Source: Candidatus Nomurabacteria bacterium
GTDB lineage: Bacteria > Patescibacteriota > Minisyncoccia > Phycocordibacterales > SBAW01
Length of the DNA: 64,000 nucleotides
Reading direction: 5' to 3'
Assembly: GCA_943356415.1 (NCBI GenBank)
Contig: CALREW010000001.1
Location: 149,252 to 213,251 of the forward strand
Shown here: piece by piece, positions 58,321-64,000 of the stretch
How the letters are laid out: each line of letters begins with the position of its first letter
Numbering within the stretch: the stretch's first letter is position 1
Notes under the pieces: generated by a model
What the model was told of the DNA's origin: nothing
Seen by the model: the letters and a program-made list of their open reading frames with translations, nothing else
The model's database searches: none
Translations under genes and position numbers: made by a program

Positions 58321-60030
58321 TTAGACCTCTTCGGGCCTGTATTTTACCGCGCGCACTTCTTCTTCCTTTGGACTTTGGTACGCGACCGTAAAATCAAGTT
58401 TCCCATCTCTTTCGACTACAGAAACACTCGCTGTTCCAGCAACATCGTTTGGGGCTATGACCATTATGCCCAAGCTATCACGCATACGTTCTGCAATACC
58501 TCCTGCTTGGCCCGTTGAACATGAATCAAGAATCAATGTCGCGTCTTTTGAAAAAAAGTCTTTGGCGCGCCTATGTCCAGGCCCTGCTAAATGTTCACTG
58601 GTAAGTGAACCAAATTGCGAAAACTCAATGTTGTCTGGCGCTCCGTGCCCACCGAGGATTGCAAAATCTATTTTGTGCTCATACGCCTTACCGAGATGCA
58701 GTAAGTGGCGCGCAACATCGCGCGACGAAGCAACTTCAAATATTTTGACGCCGTGATGGGCTTTCACGCTCTCAAACAATGCTTTAAATTCGGTTCTTTC
58801 ATTGTCAAAAGCAGCAATTTCTTCAGCGTTGTCAGCATATGGAAACATGATGACCCCGTAAGGGCGATCTACCTTTTCTTCTTGCAGCTGTGAAAGCAGC
58901 ATTTCTTCCGGATATCGGTAGAACTCACGTATTCCGTAATCCTTAAAGAGGCGTTTGACCGAACCTGGCGTAGATTTTTCAAGGGAACTACACGCCTCAA
59001 AAAATTTATACAGTGCGATTTCTTTATATCCTTTAGGATTTCTGTTTAGGTCAAACATTTCGCGCAACGATACGCCGTACGTTTGTGCAAAGGTTTCGCC
59101 GTACTTCTCGAATCCATATTCGGCTGCCTTCGGTCCCGACAGAAGCAAGTGTTGAAATAGAAGTGAGTCAGAAATGCCGCCAAGCGATTCAACAAATTGT
59201 GTCCTGGTTTTGTCTTTTTCTGGCAGTGCAAACAAGAAGCGCGTCACGCCATGACCCTCCTCTACTATTCTCTGAGCTGCATCATGATCCATCGAGGGAA
59301 CGATTTGCTGAAGTGCAGAGAGAATCTTTGTTTCTCGACCCTTAGGCAAGGGCATGTGCTCAAACGCAGGTTCCGCAAGCAGTCGATCGATAAGTTTGAC
59401 GTACGTCCATCGCACTTTCTCTGCATCATCTTCAGACTTCCCAAGAGTCGACAGTGACTCCATATTTTCAAAGACGGCACCGGCAAGCGCTGCGCGTAAC
59501 TGAGGTAATCGTTTGGTCGCCAACAGTGACCTGTAGAGGTTCGAGAGTTTTGGAATCAAAACGTTATGATCCTCTGCGCGCTTCAATGCATACGAAAGAT
59601 TGCCGAGATGTATGGCTTTTGCCAACTCCTCGTCTTTTGGAGACTCCGCAAATGTCATCTGCGCCGCACCTTCAACGTGAAGTACTTCTACTCCCTGTCT
59701 AAAGAGACGGTCCATTGGTCCATACACGGTTTCTTGAAGAAGTGTTTCTTCATCTCGAGGTGCCACAATTTCTTTTTGTGCAAGCAACTCAGTCGCTCCT
59801 TCGCGCAACGTATCCTTCGCAGCTGCAATGTCCTGCTCACGTCTCTCGGCACGCGCCGGTACAAAAAAGCGTTTCGCCGCATGCAACACTCCCTTCTCTT
59901 CGCGCGTCAGTGCGTCGCGTTCTCGACGTCCAGCACGCAACTGTGCTGCCCACTGATCGCGGTGCTCCTGTACTCGTGGATCAACGAGGCCGGGTTTCTT
60001 TGGCCCGCGGTTTGGACCTTCCATATTCAT
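58321..60030 (-). CDS. Uncharacterized 569-aa protein with C-terminal caspase-like (clan CD; CHAT/C11-like) His-Cys dyad domain
   Basis: Hydrophobic strand plus GGHG, then about 40 aa later TLILDSCSTG (His and Cys after beta-strands). Confidence 0.5.
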   Translation of the reverse strand: MNMEGPNRGPKKPGLVDPRVQEHRDQWAAQLRAGRRERDALTREEKGVLHAAKRFFVPARAERREQDIAAAKDTLREGATELLAQKEIVAPRDEETLLQETVYGPMDRLFRQGVEVLHVEGAAQMTFAESPKDEELAKAIHLGNLSYALKRAEDHNVLIPKLSNLYRSLLATKRLPQLRAALAGAVFENMESLSTLGKSEDDAEKVRWTYVKLIDRLLAEPAFEHMPLPKGRETKILSALQQIVPSMDHDAAQRIVEEGHGVTRFLFALPEKDKTRTQFVESLGGISDSLLFQHLLLSGPKAAEYGFEKYGETFAQTYGVSLREMFDLNRNPKGYKEIALYKFFEACSSLEKSTPGSVKRLFKDYGIREFYRYPEEMLLSQLQEEKVDRPYGVIMFPYADNAEEIAAFDNERTEFKALFESVKAHHGVKIFEVASSRDVARHLLHLGKAYEHKIDFAILGGHGAPDNIEFSQFGSLTSEHLAGPGHRRAKDFFSKDATLILDSCSTGQAGGIAERMRDSLGIMVIAPNDVAGTASVSVVERDGKLDFTVAYQSPKEEEVRAVKYRPEEV

Positions 60031-60188
60031 ATAAGGATTCTACCTTGCCGTACCGAGGAGTCACTTGTACCCACAGTAACCCTTTTAGGACTGAAAATGA
60101 AAAATAGATTCTCTGTAGGTTTTCCAAAAGAAAAGCCCCCGCCTTGCAGCGGGGACTTCACCACCAGGCCGGAGCCTGGATTTAGATA

Positions 60189-61034
60189 TCAGTTGCGGAG
60201 CGTGGTCCGCAGGTCCTCCATGTGGGCCAGATAGCCCCTCAGCAGAGCGTCGCCCTGCTGGCCGCGACCGGCGTCCTCGTGACGACGGTCGGCAAACTGG
60301 AGGGTCTCCGGCCGCGTGCCGAGCTTCTTGGCCGCATCCTGCAGGACGACCTTGGCGGCGCCCATGGCGTCCCACTTGGCGCCTTCCGTGCCGTCCTTCG
60401 CGAGGTAGGCCGCATGCCAGAGAGCCTGGCTCGAGCGCAGCCCGAGAACGGCGGTGCGGATGCCGTCCTTGTCGTCGAGGTAGGCCTGGGTCGCGGTGAT
60501 GCGCCGGTCGAGATGCGCCATGAAGCGCGCACGCTCGTCGGAGTTCATCTCGCGCACCGTCTTGATGACGGTGAGCTTGTGCTTGTCGTAGAAGGCCTTG
60601 AGGCCCTCGGGCGTCGACAGCACGGATTTGCCCAACGCCAGGGTGACCTTGCGCCAGTTGTAGATGGCCTCGGAGTCCTCCTTCGTGATCCGCGCCTCCT
60701 CGAGGTCGTAGGAGCGCGAGAAGGTGAAGGACGCGTAGAGGACATTGTAGAACTGTCGGTCCTCGTTGACGGCCAGCAGCGGCTGCAGTTGGTCGCGGTA
60801 GAACGCCTGCCGCTCCATGCCACCGCGATCCTCGTAGACCCGCTGGTCCACCGAGGCCATCACCATGCTCGCCACCGTCTTGTTGGTGACGAAGCTGAGG
60901 GCGACACTCGTGGCGACCTGGTCGGTGACGGCCTTGATCTTGGCGCTGATCGTCGGCGACTGCGCGACCACCACGCTGGTGGCCGCCAGAGTCATCAGCG
61001 CTGCGCCAACGATGGCGCGACCGATATTGTTCAT
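60189..61034 (-). CDS. Hypothetical secreted protein (GC-rich island); start placed at MNNIGRA
   Basis: Signal peptide; GGGAG RBS; alternative long ORFs on both strands are Arg/Gly-rich artefacts. Confidence 0.4.
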   Translation of the reverse strand: MNNIGRAIVGAALMTLAATSVVVAQSPTISAKIKAVTDQVATSVALSFVTNKTVASMVMASVDQRVYEDRGGMERQAFYRDQLQPLLAVNEDRQFYNVLYASFTFSRSYDLEEARITKEDSEAIYNWRKVTLALGKSVLSTPEGLKAFYDKHKLTVIKTVREMNSDERARFMAHLDRRITATQAYLDDKDGIRTAVLGLRSSQALWHAAYLAKDGTEGAKWDAMGAAKVVLQDAAKKLGTRPETLQFADRRHEDAGRGQQGDALLRGYLAHMEDLRTTLRN

Positions 61035-61109
61035 AGACTTTTGCTCCCGCCGGCAGTGCCGGTCTTCTAGACATGGAAGTGCCAAACAACAACTCATAGC
61101 ACCTGTAAC

Positions 61110-61139
61110 ATTATACTATACTTATAGTAATATTGTCAA
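61110..61139 (-). promoter_or_regulatory. Consensus sigma70 promoter TTGACA-N18-TATAAT (minus strand) driving the GC-rich ORF 60189..61034
   Basis: Exact consensus hexamers. Confidence 0.65.
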
Positions 61140-61188
61140 TAGCCTCCAAACCTTCTGGTTAAGGCCTGTATGGGCTACGCTGGTGGGT

Positions 61189-62499
61189 ATGCAGCCAACC
61201 CTCAATTTCCGCGTTAAAGGCGGGCGCAAACTTACCGGTGAAATAACCGTTAATTCTTCAAAGAATGGCGCAGTGGGCCTTTTGTGCGCAAGCCTTCTAA
61301 ACCGCGGTACGACCGTACTCAAAAACATGCCTCGCATAGAGGAAGTACACCGCATCATCGAGGTTTTGCGTTCCATCGGTGTTGAGGCAACGTGGAATGA
61401 CCATACACTCACATTGGTACCCCCAAAAACGTTTTCGATGCAAAAAATGGATATTGAGGCTGCCGAAAAAACACGGAGCATCTTGATGTTTGTCGGCTCG
61501 CTTATCCATTCCCTGCCTTCAATGCGCATACCGCAAGCAGGTGGATGCAAGCTTGGCAGCCGCACTGTGCGTCCACATAAGTACGCACTTAAACAATTCG
61601 GTGTTGTTATCGCCTCCGGTGGAGATGCGTGGAAAGTCTCGCACACGAAACTGCATGCTGCAGATATTCTTATGTATGAGTCCGGCGACACCGCGACCAT
61701 CAACGCCATACTTGCAGCTGCAGGCATCGCAGGTCAAAGCACTATCAAATACGCATCAGCAAACTACCAGGTGCAAGATGTTTGCCAGTACCTCGTGAGC
61801 CTCGGCGTAAAGATAGATGGCATTGGTACGACGACGCTTACGATTCGTGGCAAGGCGGGTATAAAGAAAAACGTATCGTTCGAATTGTCAGAGGACCCGA
61901 CCGACGCTATGTTTTTCCTTGCCGCTGCGATAGTCACCCGCTCATCGATTGTCATCAAACGCATTCCCATAGATTTCCTTGAACTCGAGCTCTACAAGCT
62001 CGAGTTGATGGGTTTTACCTACGACGTGCTACGCAAGTACAAAGGTCGCAATGGGTACGTGAATCTTGTCGATATTCGCACACATGCATCATCCCTTGTT
62101 GGGTCGCCTGAAAAAATCTACGGACGCCCCTATCCGGGACTTAATATCGACAACCTTCCGTTCTTTGCAGTTATCGCAACACAGGCAAAAGGCACAACGC
62201 TTATCCATGACTGGGCCTATGAAGGCCGCGCGCTCTATTTCACCGAGATGAACAAACTTGGCGCCAAAGCCATGCTTGCTGATCCTCACCGCGTGTTTGT
62301 TGAAGGAAAAACTCCACTTAAAGCCGCGGATCTCACGTGCCCGCCAGCACTTCGTCCCGCCGCCATACTTCTTATTGCCATGCTTGCTGCAAAAGGCATT
62401 TCGACGCTCCGCAATATTTACAGCATCAATCGTGGGTATGAAGGTCTCGCGGAGAAACTCCAATCGCTGGGCGCTTCAGTAGAGGTATTTGAGGGGTGA
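61189..62499 (+). CDS. murA: UDP-N-acetylglucosamine 1-carboxyvinyltransferase; start placed at MQPTLNF
   Basis: Full-length MurA-like incl. KLTGEI, catalytic Cys region. Confidence 0.9.
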   Translation: MQPTLNFRVKGGRKLTGEITVNSSKNGAVGLLCASLLNRGTTVLKNMPRIEEVHRIIEVLRSIGVEATWNDHTLTLVPPKTFSMQKMDIEAAEKTRSILMFVGSLIHSLPSMRIPQAGGCKLGSRTVRPHKYALKQFGVVIASGGDAWKVSHTKLHAADILMYESGDTATINAILAAAGIAGQSTIKYASANYQVQDVCQYLVSLGVKIDGIGTTTLTIRGKAGIKKNVSFELSEDPTDAMFFLAAAIVTRSSIVIKRIPIDFLELELYKLELMGFTYDVLRKYKGRNGYVNLVDIRTHASSLVGSPEKIYGRPYPGLNIDNLPFFAVIATQAKGTTLIHDWAYEGRALYFTEMNKLGAKAMLADPHRVFVEGKTPLKAADLTCPPALRPAAILLIAMLAAKGISTLRNIYSINRGYEGLAEKLQSLGASVEVFEG

Positions 62500-62547
62500 C
62501 GCAGACGAAGATGAAGATACAGAGGACTTCCTGTACTGCCGATATAT

Positions 62548-62576
62548 TTGACATTATATTTTATTTATAGTATAGT
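62548..62576 (+). promoter_or_regulatory. Near-consensus promoter TTGACA-N17-TATAGT
   Basis: Read directly; RBS AAGGGGG before ATG 62624. Confidence 0.6.
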
Positions 62577-62623
62577 TAGTTCGACACCGTCCTTTTTTAA
62601 TTCGCGCAACAAGGGGGCATCCT

Positions 62624-63097
62624 ATGCGCACGCGAAACGTAAATATCCTGGCCTGGGGGCTTGGTCTGATCGTGGGTGGCATCGTCCTCTACGCCGGACT
62701 CGCGGGCTTCGGCTTCTTCGATGGGAGCTGGGCGCCAAGCCGAGCGTCGGCTAACAAGAACCCCATCGACGAGGTTTACCACCTCGTCGTCGCACAGCAA
62801 TTGCCGCCGGGCCCTGGGCCAAACACGACCCGCATCGTCAGCGCCAGCGGGACGTACGTACTTGGTGCTACGGCACCCAATACGTTCAGCGTCTCGCGTG
62901 AGGGGTCACCGAGGCTCGGTGTCGTGATGCAGAAGCTGGGCGACGTCTGGAATTCGACCAGCGTTACCGGTTTTGAAACCACGCTGAACCGGGATTCCGG
63001 GCGAGCGCGTATCCTCGACCCGCAGAAGCTGCAGGATTTCATCAACACGGCAATCAACGCCGCGTTGGCCTGCAGTCACAGGAAGAACATGTGCTGA
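62624..63097 (+). CDS. Hypothetical secreted protein (GC-rich), paralog of 63267..63791
   Basis: N-terminal TM/signal; C-terminus FINTAINAALACSHRKNMC similar to FLMKAFDAARSCGYNKTQC. Confidence 0.4.
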   Translation: MRTRNVNILAWGLGLIVGGIVLYAGLAGFGFFDGSWAPSRASANKNPIDEVYHLVVAQQLPPGPGPNTTRIVSASGTYVLGATAPNTFSVSREGSPRLGVVMQKLGDVWNSTSVTGFETTLNRDSGRARILDPQKLQDFINTAINAALACSHRKNMC

Positions 63098-63146
63098 CCT
63101 CGGTCACCACGCAGCGAGCGCCCCTCACCGGGCGCTCGTTTTGCGT
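63095..63146 (+). terminator. Terminator hairpin GAGCGCCC-ctcacc-GGGCGCTC plus GTTTTGCGT; copy 1 of a near-identical repeat
   Basis: Almost identical to 63789..63842. Confidence 0.6.
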
Positions 63147-63182
63147 CTGGCTACGGCAATTTTGAAAGTAGAAAGAGCGTAA

Positions 63183-63212
63183 TTGACAGATAGTACTTTT
63201 TCGTATCATAAT
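63183..63212 (+). promoter_or_regulatory. Near-consensus promoter TTGACA-N17-TCATAAT
   Basis: Read directly. Confidence 0.55.
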
Positions 63213-63266
63213 ACTTACGTACGCTCGTTGAGTTCCCTTTCCTCAGTTCAATCCTGGAGACACGCC

Positions 63267-63791
63267 ATGTCGTGGTTTATCCGCCTCTTCGTCCCAGTCC
63301 TTCTCCTTCTCGCGCTCGGCGCGTGCGACAACGGCAACAAGAAGGCCAAATCCCCGCCTCCCCCGGCACCGACGGAGCTCGACCTGGCAGCCAACCAGGT
63401 CCTGGACCTCTTCCTCTCGGGCAAGCTGCCCATGGGGAATGATGCCTTCGGCGCCCCTGCGGCCGTCTTCGGCAAGCACACGGTGCCGGCGGTGCCCTCG
63501 ATTAACGCGCCGGCGTACACCATGGAGTACACCATCACGATGGACTCCATCGATAAGTGGACGAGCCTGAAGATCGCTGTCCGCTACAGCAATGGCGCGG
63601 GCAGCTACGTCGGCATCTCTCGGCTTAACACCGAGACGAAGTGGGCCATCAATGGTGTCGGCAACATGCCGTGGACATCCGGGGCCAACTGGAACGAGCC
63701 GGGCAGCGTGGACTATCCACGCTACAAAGAATTCCTGATGAAGGCCTTCGACGCCGCCCGCTCCTGCGGCTACAACAAGACCCAGTGCTGA
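63267..63791 (+). CDS. Hypothetical lipoprotein (GC-rich), lipobox LLALGAC
   Basis: Signal peptide with LALGAC, Pro-rich linker; paralogous C-terminus. Confidence 0.45.
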   Translation: MSWFIRLFVPVLLLLALGACDNGNKKAKSPPPPAPTELDLAANQVLDLFLSGKLPMGNDAFGAPAAVFGKHTVPAVPSINAPAYTMEYTITMDSIDKWTSLKIAVRYSNGAGSYVGISRLNTETKWAINGVGNMPWTSGANWNEPGSVDYPRYKEFLMKAFDAARSCGYNKTQC

Positions 63792-63842
63792 CCTCGGTCA
63801 CCACGCAGCGGGCGCCCCTCACCGGGCGCTCGTTTTGCGTTT
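63789..63842 (+). terminator. Copy 2 of the conserved 3' end plus terminator repeat
   Basis: One mismatch versus 63095..63146. Confidence 0.6.
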
Positions 63843-63892
63843 AGATATGCACCGTTCGACAAACATGGCTGTATTCGTATAATGTGGCGGCT

Positions 63893-64000
63893 ATGGGTAT
63901 CTTTTCCCGCAAAAACATCCTCCTTATCGGGGCTCTCGTGGTTTTCACCGTCGGCGCTTTTACGCTGGTAAAACTCTACGAGCTTGGGTACCGCTTTACG
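63893..64000 (+). CDS. 5' fragment of a CDS continuing beyond the window (MGIFSRKNILLIGALVVF...)
   Basis: Open frame from ATG to window edge with N-terminal TM. Confidence 0.25.
   Translation, partial: MGIFSRKNILLIGALVVFTVGAFTLVKLYELGYRFT

Noticed and set aside
60085-61092. 335-aa minus-strand and 282-aa plus-strand (60222..61070) alternative ORFs overlapping 60189..61034
   Set aside because: Both are Arg/Gly/His-rich nonsense-like translations; only the frame with a signal peptide and a consensus promoter/RBS was kept.
60865-61188. 108-aa N-terminal extension of murA
   Set aside because: No similarity to MurA; overlaps the minus-strand promoter and GC-rich gene; MurA homology starts at MQPTLNF (61189).

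Overview
This 64 kb window is a mosaic. The backbone is about 50% GC and looks like a small-genome bacterium, possibly CPR/Patescibacteria-like, though that is inference. It carries split dcw genes (mraZ-rsmH-ftsL-ftsI-murF in one place, mraY-ftsW-murG in another), mreB-mreC-mreD-mrdA plus a second mreB paralog, gltX, cysS, class-I lysS, proS, dnaB, recR, dinB, nth, frr, rseP, rpmA, rplI, rplU, murA, tRNA-Pro(GGG), tRNA-Glu(CUC) and a candidate RNase P RNA. No rRNA or CRISPR array was seen. About 17 single ORFs of 60-66% GC are interspersed in this backbone. All but one GNAT acetyltransferase are hypothetical, and many are membrane or secreted proteins. Several have a near-consensus sigma70 promoter (TTGACA-N17/18-TATAAT/TATAGT), a strong RBS and a GC-rich hairpin terminator. 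Some of those terminators share the tail CGTTTTGCGTTT. Separately, a roughly 2.3 kb segment (11864-14199) is bounded by 46 bp perfect inverted repeats. It holds a GC-rich small membrane gene, a 500 bp structured non-coding stretch, and an AT-rich (about 37% GC) convergent pair: a 147 aa protein with an RNQLIH (HEPN-like Rx4H) motif and a 241 aa membrane protein. I flag this as the best candidate for an undescribed toxin/abortive-infection-like module on a non-autonomous mobile or invertible cassette. Other points of interest are a 569 aa protein with a C-terminal caspase-like (clan CD/CHAT-like) His-Cys dyad next to mbl, a translationally coupled P-loop kinase / threonine-synthase-like / truB operon, a 25 bp perfect palindromic operator over a consensus -35, and a tRNA-Pro next to a GC-rich remnant that duplicates the tRNA 3' end. 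All functional calls are from reading the sequence and translations; no database search was possible.
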